Source: a virus. Taken from it: DNA of 64,000 nucleotides. The notes beneath the pieces were generated by a model. It ran no database searches and was not told the origin of the DNA. It saw only the letters and a list, made by a program, of their open reading frames with translations. Location: IMG/VR virus record IMGVR_UViG_3300050501_000129; one strand, given 5' to 3'. The position numbers were made by a program, and so were the translations under genes. Below, one piece after another: positions 17,545 through 26,562 of the stretch. Position 1 is the first letter of the stretch. Each line of letters starts with the position of its first letter.

Positions 17545-19160
17545 GCTCGGTGCTGCGGTCCGTCCAGGTCGTAGACCGTTGAGCGTGCGTCCAGGTGGTG
17601 TGGATTGGCGGTCTTGATGAGCAAATCACACATGCGCAGCTGGATGAAACCGGTGTTAAACAGGTCCGCGACGTTTGCGATCGTCATCGAGATGCCCTGC
17701 CGGCTGACGTCAACGACTCCCTGCGGCAGCTGACAGTCCAGACAGAGCAGGTACTTAGCGATCTCATTTGCCAGCTCACCGACCGCGAGCCGACCGAGCA
17801 TCGGAACAACCTCACCGTAGTCGACGGACACCGACCACGTGTCGACCTCCGTGTCTGCCAGGTTCATGTTCTGGCAGAACGGCCACAGGTTACCGCCGAG
17901 CCGAACGAGCTTGCGGTAGTCGTCAATCCGGTAGTCGACGTTCTTCTCCAGTACGACTCCGTTAACCTTTACCTCGGTGACGTCGTAGACCGGCCCGGGA
18001 AGAACCGTCTCCTCCAGCGCGACGCATGAGCAGGAGTCGTTCGGGCACGTCCCACAGGCCAGGTTGTACCACGTTCCGGCCCACCAGTACGGCTGCGGAT
18101 ACGTGCCGTACTGCCACCACGTGTGCCATGGAAACGTCGAGCTGCAGCTCTGCCGGCACGGACGAAGCTTAACGTTGCACAGCCCGAAGCGCTGCGCGGT
18201 CAGCTGGTATAGGATCTCCGATGCGGCCTGAACGGCGTCACCGGTTACGGCGGCCGCACCGGTCTCCAGTAGGACACTGCACGAACCTCCCGGCCAGATC
18301 GCGTCCCACGGCTCGCACGGACCGAACTTGTAGAGATGCACGTCACCCTCCTCTCCCGCGGAGGGCTGCGGCGCCCGCCCGGTACCGCTAGCGACGCCCG
18401 CCGTCACCGTAACGTTTACTGTAGCTGCTCCCGCGGTACCCGTTCCCGCTGCGACGTCCGCGTTGGCGACGTTGCCGCCGAACGCGTCAGCGTCCAGCGC
18501 CGCGCCGGTCCCGGTTGACACGCCCGCCGTAGTCGTCACAGCGACGGACGGCGTCGGCGCCGAGCCTGTGCCGTCTGAGACGCCCGTAGACGCCCGAACT
18601 AGCCCGGCCCCGGCGTTGGCTACCCCCGTTCCGGCGGCGTTTCCGGCGCTAGCCGTCGTACCGGCGGCCTCGACGTTGACGTCCGCGAAGAAGTACGCCT
18701 CATATGACGTCGCGGGCATGGCAGCTTGACCGGCGGCGTTGTTGAACCGTCCCGTGGTCGAGACGACCAGTCCGCCCGAGCCGACGGGAAACGTCTCGCT
18801 GCCGTCGTCGACGAAGACGCCCGTACCGATGAAGTAGACGTTGACGACGTAGTCTTCAGCGGGATCAAGCGCGACGTCACCGGGTGTGGTGAACAGCGCC
18901 GAAGAAAATGACATCCACGCGTTGGCGCCCGGACTGCCGTGTCCAGCGGCGTTGAGGTTGGAGTCAGCGATCAGCGTCGTGTCAGAGATGCGCCACAGCT
19001 GCCAGAAGAAGGTGCCCGGTCGACCTCCCGTAGGCACCCACGCGCGTCCGCCGGCGCACGTGGCGTCGGCCGAGACGGTAAACTCCATACCCCAGCCGTG
19101 ATTGGCGCCGTCGAAGTCGCTTCCCGTCGGGGTCTGACCGGTGAAGATGGTGTCGGTCAC
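17526..19160 (-). CDS. DUF4082-like N-terminal domain fused via an Ala/Gly/Thr linker to a head-tail adaptor-like domain
   Basis: 544 aa. The N-terminal ~165 aa (GMEFTV..GGRAWVP..FWQLWRI..YVVNVY) resemble DUF4082. A low-complexity AGTG-rich segment follows. The Cys-rich C-terminal ~270 aa resemble actinophage head-to-tail adaptors. Confidence 0.6.
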   Translation of the reverse strand: MTDTIFTGQTPTGSDFDGANHGWGMEFTVSADATCAGGRAWVPTGGRPGTFFWQLWRISDTTLIADSNLNAAGHGSPGANAWMSFSSALFTTPGDVALDPAEDYVVNVYFIGTGVFVDDGSETFPVGSGGLVVSTTGRFNNAAGQAAMPATSYEAYFFADVNVEAAGTTASAGNAAGTGVANAGAGLVRASTGVSDGTGSAPTPSVAVTTTAGVSTGTGAALDADAFGGNVANADVAAGTGTAGAATVNVTVTAGVASGTGRAPQPSAGEEGDVHLYKFGPCEPWDAIWPGGSCSVLLETGAAAVTGDAVQAASEILYQLTAQRFGLCNVKLRPCRQSCSSTFPWHTWWQYGTYPQPYWWAGTWYNLACGTCPNDSCSCVALEETVLPGPVYDVTEVKVNGVVLEKNVDYRIDDYRKLVRLGGNLWPFCQNMNLADTEVDTWSVSVDYGEVVPMLGRLAVGELANEIAKYLLCLDCQLPQGVVDVSRQGISMTIANVADLFNTGFIQLRMCDLLIKTANPHHLDARSTVYDLDGPQHRAWGTTP

Positions 19161-19172
19161 GGCACCACCTCA

Positions 19173-19649
19173 CTATGTATGCGTGTAGCGCAGGATGCCG
19201 TTCGCGTGCCAGGCTACGGTGAACTGACCGTTGGTGACGCCGTTCGAGCCGCCGAAGTAGTTGTAGCAGACGCCCTGGTTGGCGACCGGCGCGGCAAGCG
19301 TGTCGTCATAAACCTCACAACCGAAGACGTTCGCCAGCGTCGCCGCCGAGCCAGACGCCGTGTCATTGGCGTCGAGAAAGACGACATCGGACGTGGCGCT
19401 GTTCAGCGTCTGGCCCGTCAGCGCGACGCCGCCCTGTGGCCACTGGATCGCCTGGAAGACCTCGTTACCCGCGCTAGTCCACTGGCCGGCGTTGTACGCC
19501 GTGTTGGCTGACGACGCGTTTGAGTCAGGAGTGATGTCGTTGTCATAGAGCGCGACCAGCAGCGCGTCGGCGTCCAGGTCGAACGCCGCCACGTTTCCGA
19601 GGACGTCCGCTAGGAAGGCGCGAAAGATCTTAGACGCGGTCCAAGCCAC
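19173..19649 (-). CDS. virion-block protein of unknown function
   Basis: 158 aa track ORF in the structural operon, abutting the upstream gene (its start at 19649 coincides with the first base of that gene's stop codon). Confidence 0.5.
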   Translation of the reverse strand: MAWTASKIFRAFLADVLGNVAAFDLDADALLVALYDNDITPDSNASSANTAYNAGQWTSAGNEVFQAIQWPQGGVALTGQTLNSATSDVVFLDANDTASGSAATLANVFGCEVYDDTLAAPVANQGVCYNYFGGSNGVTNGQFTVAWHANGILRYTHT

Positions 19650-19954
19650 TATGACCTCCCGGACGCGGTAGCGATCGGCGCCAGGACGCGGCAGTCGGTT
19701 CCGTCCTCACGTACCGTGACGATAGCCATGATCGGCCGGCCCTCGCCGTCAGTCTGTACGACGTCACGACCGACGTAGTCCTCACGCTCGACGGCGATCA
19801 CCTTGGCCTTGACTCCGTCTTCGACCAGGGGCGCGATCAGGCCGAGCCCGCGACACGTGTGGATAACCGCCTGCTTTCCCGGCTTGAACGTAACACGCGT
19901 ATAGTCACAGTTGGGACACCCCCAGTGCCGCTCCATGCTCAGGTCAAAGGGCAT
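19649..19954 (-). CDS. virion-block protein of unknown function (CPNC motif)
   Basis: 101 aa track ORF in the structural operon. Confidence 0.5.
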   Translation of the reverse strand: MPFDLSMERHWGCPNCDYTRVTFKPGKQAVIHTCRGLGLIAPLVEDGVKAKVIAVEREDYVGRDVVQTDGEGRPIMAIVTVREDGTDCRVLAPIATASGRS

Positions 19955-19964
19955 AATTCCTCCC

Positions 19965-20648
19965 TTACGTCAGCAGGAACGCGCCGCAGATCGCGGGCTG
20001 GCTCGGCGGCGGCGTGGTTGTGATATTCCACAGGTAGTCGTCGATGTAGTTCGTCGTGTCGATGACGCCTGGCAGCCACGACGTGCCGGTACCGGGTCCG
20101 TCACCCCACAGCGGAGACGGGTAGGTTGTCATCGCCTCGAACGCGAGCTCCAGCGGCCCGTTCTCGATGCTGAACGAGTTGACCTTCGCGTTGAACACGT
20201 GCGGCCACGCCCAGTAGACGTAGCGCTGCAGACCCGTTACGGGATCGCACCGACCAGCGCCGGACAGCGGCTGCCACGTCTCGAGCGAGAAGTGCGCCGC
20301 CGGGTTGTTGTAGCCGTACGCGTTGCCGGAGCCAGTTACCGAGTTGGTAAGGATGAGCCGTGAACCGGTGATCAGTACGCCGGCGTCTGGATCAAGTACA
20401 CACATCGTTACGGTGACGTTCGAGTTGGCGTAGACGTTCGGTCCGACGAAGTTGACACACAGCTCTCCCGAGGCGGTCTTCGTCCGGAACGTGTCACCGT
20501 CCTCGTACTGCGGCTCGGGAGCGATCGAGGTGTATCCCTTGGTGACGACGACCGCGCTGGACGCGCCGGTGACCGGCGCCCCGCAGGCGTCAAGCTTGAC
20601 CAGTCGCAGAACAGTTCCCTGCACCGCGGGTCCGCACCACGCTGCCAC
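19965..20648 (-). CDS. major tail (tube)-like protein (tentative)
   Basis: 227 aa. LRLVKLDACGAPVTG...GELCVNFVG...MCVLDPD resembles actinophage major tail subunits from memory. The C-terminus is Thr/Pro-rich (NITTTPPPSQP). The position is atypical (upstream of the connectors). Confidence 0.45.
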   Translation of the reverse strand: MAAWCGPAVQGTVLRLVKLDACGAPVTGASSAVVVTKGYTSIAPEPQYEDGDTFRTKTASGELCVNFVGPNVYANSNVTVTMCVLDPDAGVLITGSRLILTNSVTGSGNAYGYNNPAAHFSLETWQPLSGAGRCDPVTGLQRYVYWAWPHVFNAKVNSFSIENGPLELAFEAMTTYPSPLWGDGPGTGTSWLPGVIDTTNYIDDYLWNITTTPPPSQPAICGAFLLT

Positions 20649-20656
20649 ATTTCCTC

Positions 20657-21559
20657 CTACGTGGGTGATGCGGCGGTGCCGGTGATGACTCCGCCGGTGC
20701 TAACGAGTAGACCGTAGTGACAGCAGTCCCAACCAAGCGCGAACCACTGCTCCGCGATCAGGACCGTGTCGTTGTTGGTGCGGTTTAAGAACTCGCGCGC
20801 GCTACGCGCCTTCCAGTCGACGTCCGACTGCCACAGCTTGACCGAGCCGGTGGCGTACATCCACTCTTGGCCAAACGGCGGGTTGACGCCAGCCGGTGAC
20901 GTTCCCGGGTAGCCCGGCGCGCCGACCACAATTGAGCCAGCCGGCGTAACGAGCCGCGAGCCCTTGCGTTCCAGGAGGTGATTGGCCGCCAGGTGCGCCA
21001 CGACGTTCATCGGCATGTGCAGGAACGGCGTGCCGCCGTAGCACGAGCCCATCAGACCCTCGAGCGTACCGACGGCTTCGACGACGTCAAACGTGCCGGT
21101 GACGACGGTAGCCGCGGTCTGCAGCGTGACGGTCGAGCCGCCGCTGACCTCAGTGACCGCGGTGTCCTCAGCCAGGTGTGGCATCGTGTTGTACAGGCCA
21201 CCGGTCCAGAAGATCTCTTCGATTCGCGTGTCGACGTTGCGCTCGTGCGCCAGCAGCGTCTTACGCTTAAGTTCCGCCTCACCGATACCGACCAGCCCGC
21301 AGTCTAGCCACGTGTAGACGACGAACGGCGTCGCGCCGCGGAAGTTGGCCAGCGCGTTCGGCGTCTTGGTCGGCCCGAGGCCAACGCCGGTGATACACTG
21401 CGTCGTGGCCTCGAGCGGGATGTTGCATGACTCAGCGTCGTAAAAGATGCCGAGCCTCTGGTGTCCCGTGAACGGGTGCGGTCCGTCGGCCGCGGCCCGC
21501 AGCCGGTACGGATGCGGCTGAAAGACCGGCGGCGATGCCCAGTCAAACTTGCTAACCAC
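20657..21559 (-). CDS. HK97-fold capsid-like protein (second capsid-type gene, tentative)
   Basis: 300 aa. Its C-terminal segment FLNRTNNDTVLIAEQWFALGW resembles the HK97 gp5 C-terminal segment FVKNMLTILCEERLALAHY. There is no N-terminal delta domain. Confidence 0.5.
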   Translation of the reverse strand: MVSKFDWASPPVFQPHPYRLRAAADGPHPFTGHQRLGIFYDAESCNIPLEATTQCITGVGLGPTKTPNALANFRGATPFVVYTWLDCGLVGIGEAELKRKTLLAHERNVDTRIEEIFWTGGLYNTMPHLAEDTAVTEVSGGSTVTLQTAATVVTGTFDVVEAVGTLEGLMGSCYGGTPFLHMPMNVVAHLAANHLLERKGSRLVTPAGSIVVGAPGYPGTSPAGVNPPFGQEWMYATGSVKLWQSDVDWKARSAREFLNRTNNDTVLIAEQWFALGWDCCHYGLLVSTGGVITGTAASPT

Positions 21560-21604
21560 CGGTTATCACTCCCTTCAGTACCGGCTCGCGGTTGACGGGA
21601 GTGA

Positions 21605-23269
21605 TTAGACGCCGCACTCGGTCAGGTCGGCCGCGCCGGTCGTACCGTCGGGGCAGATGTTAACGGTGAGACGCCGTACCTCGTGGCCCGGGTTGAAGAT
21701 CAACCAGCACTCTTCCATCCACTCGGCGGTGTAGTCGTTGGTGGCGTTGAGCACTGAGTCACGGATGATGCCGAGGTCCAAGCGCATGCCCTGACCGAGC
21801 ACGACGGTGCCCGGCGCGAACATCATGAACTCGACGGTCGTCGGCCACGCGGTCGGCAGCGTTCCGGGAACGCCCGGGAAGCCGGTGGTACGGACCTGGT
21901 AGTCGTTGACCCACTGGATCCGGACGTTGATCGCGTCGAACAGGCTCATCAGGTACGCGTCGGACGCGGACAGCATGTCCGTACCGGCACCCATGCGCTT
22001 GCGCAGGTCGGAACGCAGCACGCCGCGCAGCCAGCGGGGAGCGATGACCTCAAGGACCGCGTCTTGGCACATCGAGTAGCGGTCACGGTAGTCAATCGCC
22101 TGCAGCTCCATCGCGCCAAGGACCGGTGCGACGGCGCCCGCGCCCGCGGAGCCGTTGGTCACGGTGAACGACGCGGACAGCGCCCGGACCTCGTTGATGC
22201 GCGCACGGTTGATCTTGTGGAAGTGCGACGCCATCACCAAGCGGGTGTGGTTGGCGATCAGCTCGGGATACGCGTCCTCGGTCAGGTTGCCGACGGTGAG
22301 ACAGATACCGTCACAGTGGAGACGTGCCTCGTTGAAGCCGGGGCACGGCACCCGGCCGCAGGTCTTGGTACCCGACTGCCCGGTGCCCGTGACGGCCGCG
22401 ATGTCCTGCGTCTCGGTCCAAGTCCACAGCGCGCCGCCGAGGACGACGTCCGCGAATGACGGTGAGGTGGGCCAGCGGATGCCGCCGCGGTTGATACCGA
22501 CCGTCGGCAGGTCGAGCGCGCCGTCCTCACAGACGATGTTGAAGAAGTCGTAGCTGATCTCGGAGGGCGAGCACCAGCCACCGGCCGCGATCAAGATGTC
22601 GGGGTTGGCCGCCGCGGTCATCACCGCGTTGAACTCGGCGAGACTCGAGTCTAGACCGAGCATGTACTTGTGCTCTCGCATCAGCGACGCGATCGGGATG
22701 CGAGGCGCGGCGTCTCCCTTGTCGGTGATCGGCAGGTGCTTGGCACGAGCGGTCATCGCCGCGACGAGACCCTCCATACCCTCAAGCTTGGTACCCGACT
22801 GGAAGCCCGGGATGTCCGACGACGCGATGAGCACCGACTCGGGACGCGGCGCGTCGGCCGGCGGCGCGTTGCGCTGCGCGTCAGCCAGTGACGGGTTCTT
22901 GAACTTGCCCATCGGTCGGGGCTGCGTCGTGGCGCCGCCCTTAGCCGGTGTCGCGGCCGCCTCGACCGGCGTCTCAGCCGCGTCCTCGGGCTCTTCAGCT
23001 GCCTCTTCCAGCGCGGCCTTGCCCTTGGCGCGCTTGTCTGCGACAGCCGCGGCTTCCTCGGTCCGGCGGATCTTCTCCAGCTTGACGCGACCGATGCCGT
23101 CCGCAAGGGACTCCATCTCGTTGGCCTCGACGACCTGCACGGCGAGCTCGACCGTGTCGCTGGCGTACAGCTCGCTGATTCGCGCTCTCGCGGCGGTGAC
23201 GAACTGGTCTAGCTGCTCTACGCTGAGGGTGGTGATGTCCTCAGGCAGGCTCAGAATGTTCTCAGACAC
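21605..23269 (-). CDS. major capsid protein with N-terminal scaffold/delta-like region
   Basis: 554 aa. The N-terminal ~160 aa are coiled-coil and Ala/Glu/Pro-rich. The C-terminal ~390 aa carry capsid-like motifs (AAGGWCSPSEISYDF; NATNDYTAEWMEECW). It lies downstream of the protease gene. Confidence 0.7.
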   Translation of the reverse strand: MSENILSLPEDITTLSVEQLDQFVTAARARISELYASDTVELAVQVVEANEMESLADGIGRVKLEKIRRTEEAAAVADKRAKGKAALEEAAEEPEDAAETPVEAAATPAKGGATTQPRPMGKFKNPSLADAQRNAPPADAPRPESVLIASSDIPGFQSGTKLEGMEGLVAAMTARAKHLPITDKGDAAPRIPIASLMREHKYMLGLDSSLAEFNAVMTAAANPDILIAAGGWCSPSEISYDFFNIVCEDGALDLPTVGINRGGIRWPTSPSFADVVLGGALWTWTETQDIAAVTGTGQSGTKTCGRVPCPGFNEARLHCDGICLTVGNLTEDAYPELIANHTRLVMASHFHKINRARINEVRALSASFTVTNGSAGAGAVAPVLGAMELQAIDYRDRYSMCQDAVLEVIAPRWLRGVLRSDLRKRMGAGTDMLSASDAYLMSLFDAINVRIQWVNDYQVRTTGFPGVPGTLPTAWPTTVEFMMFAPGTVVLGQGMRLDLGIIRDSVLNATNDYTAEWMEECWLIFNPGHEVRRLTVNICPDGTTGAADLTECGV

Positions 23270-23374
23270 CCGACAACCCTCTCATGGATGCGACTAGGTA
23301 GGTCTTTAGAGAACAGCTCTGGCCCGCTGTTGATCGGATAATAATCGACACCAAGTTATTGAGCAAAAAACCGC

Positions 23375-23554
23375 TTACGAGCTGGCGTTTCGCGCGGCGT
23401 TAGCCGCTGACGAAGCATATGTCTCAGCCGTTCTAACCGCCTCGGCTTCAAGCATCGCCAGCGCGGCGTCAGCCGCGGCGCGGCGGTCAGCCTCAGTCTG
23501 CGCCGCCTGGACGCTGGTTACCGCGTCGGTGCTTCTACGTCCGCAGCCACACAT
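23375..23554 (-). CDS. possible small protein (59 aa)
   Basis: ATG lies directly after the protease stop. The product is Ala-rich and helical (MCGCGRRSTDAVTS...). It is below the track cutoff. Confidence 0.35.
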   Translation of the reverse strand: MCGCGRRSTDAVTSVQAAQTEADRRAAADAALAMLEAEAVRTAETYASSAANAARNASS

Positions 23555-25819
23555 CTAGATCAGCTCCAGTTCTTTCATCACTTGGTTCTTGCGGGTCTGG
23601 GGATCCAGTCCGACGCTGGCAACGAGCAGCCGCTTGGTCATCTGGATCGCGTTGAACGTGTCGTCATACCTTGGCCCGGTGACGTACGTCGGCGCCTTGA
23701 CGTGCTCGATCGGGATCGCCGAGGCGGTAATGACACCGTCGTTATACACAACTGACGCCTGCGTGCGAGCCATCGGGAACCCAGGTACCGGCACGAGGTG
23801 CGCCGCGATGAACTCCTGAACACCGGGACGATCAGGGTGCGGCTGCCAGTCGCCGGACAGCGAGCAGCCGAGCGCCTGCGCGACCTGGCGCGGATCAGCA
23901 CCGGGGTTCAGCGCGCCGGCTGCGTAGATGTAGCCCTGCTTTGACTCACCGATCTTGACGTTAGCTAGCACTGAGCACGAGTTGTCGTAGTGCTCGCGCC
24001 GGCGCTCGAGCGTGCCGTAGTTCTCGGTCGGCGCGTGACCGCAGGACGCGGTGATAACGCCGGTGACGACGCGGCCGCCGCCCTCGACGATCGTCTCGGC
24101 CTTGTGAAAGCGCGTGTAGTCGACGTTGCCGCGCGGCACCTTGCGTTTGACGCTGCGGTGCGTCGTGTTTCCCGGTGCCAGGATCCCATAGATGCGGCCC
24201 TCATCGGTGATCGTCAGCGCGCCAGACAGCTTGACGTCCGTCGGTTCGTTGAACCACGCGGCTTTCGGTAGGTTCGGAATCGTGATGGTGTGCACAGACG
24301 CGACGAGCGGATCATCATCGTCACATCCGCAGCCGTCAGGACCGCAGGACGCGGTCAGCGTCTCGGCATTGGTAAACGTCAGCTTGGCCTCGACAAACGC
24401 CGGGAAGGCGACCAGCGTCGCGCCGCGGATCCGGCCGCGGTGGAAGATCGTGGTCTCAGGCTTGGCGAACATGTTGCCGCCGTCACCGAACTCGTCATCC
24501 GCGTAGACCATCTCGACATCGGCGTCTTTGACCTTGTCAACGTCGACGGAGACGCCGCCGGTCTCCATCATGTGCCGGATGCTCTCGCCGTGCTCGCTTT
24601 TGAGCGCCGAGCCGAAGACGGTACCCTCGCCGCGGATTCGGCTACCGTGTCGAGTCATCTTGGTGATGTTACCAACCATGATAGAGCCGTTGTGTCCACC
24701 GACGTTGGCCGGCTGGTACATCAGCGGCTGTGGCGGCTTCTCCCAATCCAGGCTTCCCAGCCCAAACAGCCGACCGTCACCAGACTCAACGCCCTCAACG
24801 GTCAGGACGCCGCTCCACGGCTCGTCACCATCGCCGACCGCATAGCCGTCCATCGCGGGACTGTCATCATCCATGCACGAGCCGTCGTCCATCTGGTGCT
24901 GCCCCGGGCCGCAGTCGGTTTTCTTACCGGCAAACTCAACAGTCTTACCAGTGTAGTCGGTATCATCTTCACGATCAGCTCGACGATTTTCTTCCTCATC
25001 GAGATCTTCCATCATCTGACGTTCACTCTCAGCTGGACTGCGACGAGCACGTTTAGCACGCTCTCGATGAATCTCAGCAACACGCTTCTCGTGTTGCTTT
25101 TGAAGCTTGTCGAACAGATCAGCGTCGTTTAATTCTGGATCATAGACATCAAGATCGTCTTCATCCACGTCGGGAAGCAGGTCTTCCGGATCGACCTCGC
25201 CGCCAACGTCTCTGCGCCCGTACTTACTTTCGATCTCACGCAGTTCGCGCGCTTCGGCGTCTGTTACGTCATCGTTGAGAGACTTGTGACGCAGCTCGTT
25301 GTACCGCTTGGTAGACACCATATGAGGATTCTCATCCTCATCAACGCCTGGAACATGAAATCCCTTGTGTGGATTGTGATCCCGCTGGTTGTGAGTACCG
25401 TGCGCCTCGACCATGTCACTCATCGAGCTCTCTACCCCCTTCTCGGCCGGCCACTCGCCGGTAGCGGCCTTGTGGTACTCGGCACACAGACCCTGCGGAT
25501 TCTTGACGTACTTACCGAGGTGACGAACGCACCGGTCAAACGAGCCGTCGGTGCCCCAGCGGATCTTCGCCGCGCCCGGTCCCCGCACCCAGTGGTTCTT
25601 GAGGTTGTGGCTACCACCGGGTAGGTTGACGTCACTCTCTCTGTCGAACTCGAGATTGAAATCCTGGATCGCGAGCTTCAGCCCGTAGTCCTCGCTCGCG
25701 TAGAGCGCGCGCCGCTGCGCGTTCGCCTTCTCCTCGGTGTCGTGACACGCGACGACCGCGCCGTCGCTGATTTTTACGACACAGAACTTGGCGCCCTGCT
25801 TGGTTACCCTCCACGGCAT
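23555..25819 (-). CDS. capsid maturation protease (long form)
   Basis: 754 aa. The central GVLTVEGVESGDGRLF...LDWEKPPQPLMY is prohead-protease-like, and there is an acidic linker. Positioned between the MuF/2H genes and the capsid gene. Confidence 0.75.
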   Translation of the reverse strand: MPWRVTKQGAKFCVVKISDGAVVACHDTEEKANAQRRALYASEDYGLKLAIQDFNLEFDRESDVNLPGGSHNLKNHWVRGPGAAKIRWGTDGSFDRCVRHLGKYVKNPQGLCAEYHKAATGEWPAEKGVESSMSDMVEAHGTHNQRDHNPHKGFHVPGVDEDENPHMVSTKRYNELRHKSLNDDVTDAEARELREIESKYGRRDVGGEVDPEDLLPDVDEDDLDVYDPELNDADLFDKLQKQHEKRVAEIHRERAKRARRSPAESERQMMEDLDEEENRRADREDDTDYTGKTVEFAGKKTDCGPGQHQMDDGSCMDDDSPAMDGYAVGDGDEPWSGVLTVEGVESGDGRLFGLGSLDWEKPPQPLMYQPANVGGHNGSIMVGNITKMTRHGSRIRGEGTVFGSALKSEHGESIRHMMETGGVSVDVDKVKDADVEMVYADDEFGDGGNMFAKPETTIFHRGRIRGATLVAFPAFVEAKLTFTNAETLTASCGPDGCGCDDDDPLVASVHTITIPNLPKAAWFNEPTDVKLSGALTITDEGRIYGILAPGNTTHRSVKRKVPRGNVDYTRFHKAETIVEGGGRVVTGVITASCGHAPTENYGTLERRREHYDNSCSVLANVKIGESKQGYIYAAGALNPGADPRQVAQALGCSLSGDWQPHPDRPGVQEFIAAHLVPVPGFPMARTQASVVYNDGVITASAIPIEHVKAPTYVTGPRYDDTFNAIQMTKRLLVASVGLDPQTRKNQVMKELELI

Positions 25820-25866
25820 CGCGTCACCTCCGAACTGCGCGTTACGGTATCACCAGACGATCAATT

Positions 25867-26562
25867 TCACGAAACGAGCGGGATATCATGCACGTCGCCA
25901 CCGAACGCGAGCCGTACCCGGTCAAACGTCACCGGTCCCGTCTTATCCGCAAGCGCGACGACCCGCTGAATGTCGTCAGTGTAGACCAGCGTCAGGTGCG
26001 GTATCCAGGGAACGTGCTGCTCCGGTAGACCAAAGCCAGGTGACGTATCCTGTACATCACGCGCGACGCTGTCGACCGTCGTGTGAATCTGCTCGAGCTC
26101 ACGGCCGGACAGCCCTAGAACGATGCACGTATCCCGGTCCTTGCCGTCTTCCTTAGTGTGTCCCGGCGGGTTGAAAACGCTAACCGCGAAGCCCTCGCCG
26201 GCGACCGTGCCGCGTCCGCCGAGGACGTTCTTTAGGCGCTCAACCAGCTTGTTACGCGCGTTCGTCGAGATGTCGTCAGCTTCTCCGAGGTAAACCAGCG
26301 TTACGTGCAATTGATCTTGTGGTTCGCCGCCGTCAACAGTGAGTCGTTTGACGTCCGCGTCGCTCGGCACTAACGCAATCATCGCTCCAGTATGTACCTC
26401 AGCGGCTGCAACGGTGATCTTCGGTAGACCGAACGTGTTCATGTCTGCACCGGCCAGCAGCGCGTACGCCTCAGCCTCAGTAAGGCCGGGACGTTCCTCA
26501 ACTTCCTCAAAGAGGACGTTCTCCGGGTCAGAGAGCGGCGTCAGTCGTGTAGGATTTGTCAC
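25867..26562 (-). CDS. 2H phosphoesterase (LigT / cyclic phosphodiesterase-like)
   Basis: 231 aa with two HxTx motifs (H86-V-T-L in QLHVTLVYLG; H189-L-T-L in IPHLTLVY) at the spacing typical of the 2H superfamily. Confidence 0.8.
   Translation of the reverse strand: MTNPTRLTPLSDPENVLFEEVEERPGLTEAEAYALLAGADMNTFGLPKITVAAAEVHTGAMIALVPSDADVKRLTVDGGEPQDQLHVTLVYLGEADDISTNARNKLVERLKNVLGGRGTVAGEGFAVSVFNPPGHTKEDGKDRDTCIVLGLSGRELEQIHTTVDSVARDVQDTSPGFGLPEQHVPWIPHLTLVYTDDIQRVVALADKTGPVTFDRVRLAFGGDVHDIPLVS

Noticed and set aside
18351-18668. Ala/Gly/Thr-rich repetitive stretch as a possible collagen-like or DNA-level tandem repeat
   Set aside because: There is no regular Gly-X-Y periodicity and no exact nucleotide repeat unit. 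It is interpreted as a low-complexity linker.
22596-25132. Plus-strand ORFs inside the capsid and protease genes (22596..23297, 24290..25132 and others)
   Set aside because: They are antisense to genes with clear family motifs, their composition is atypical, and no RBS is present.
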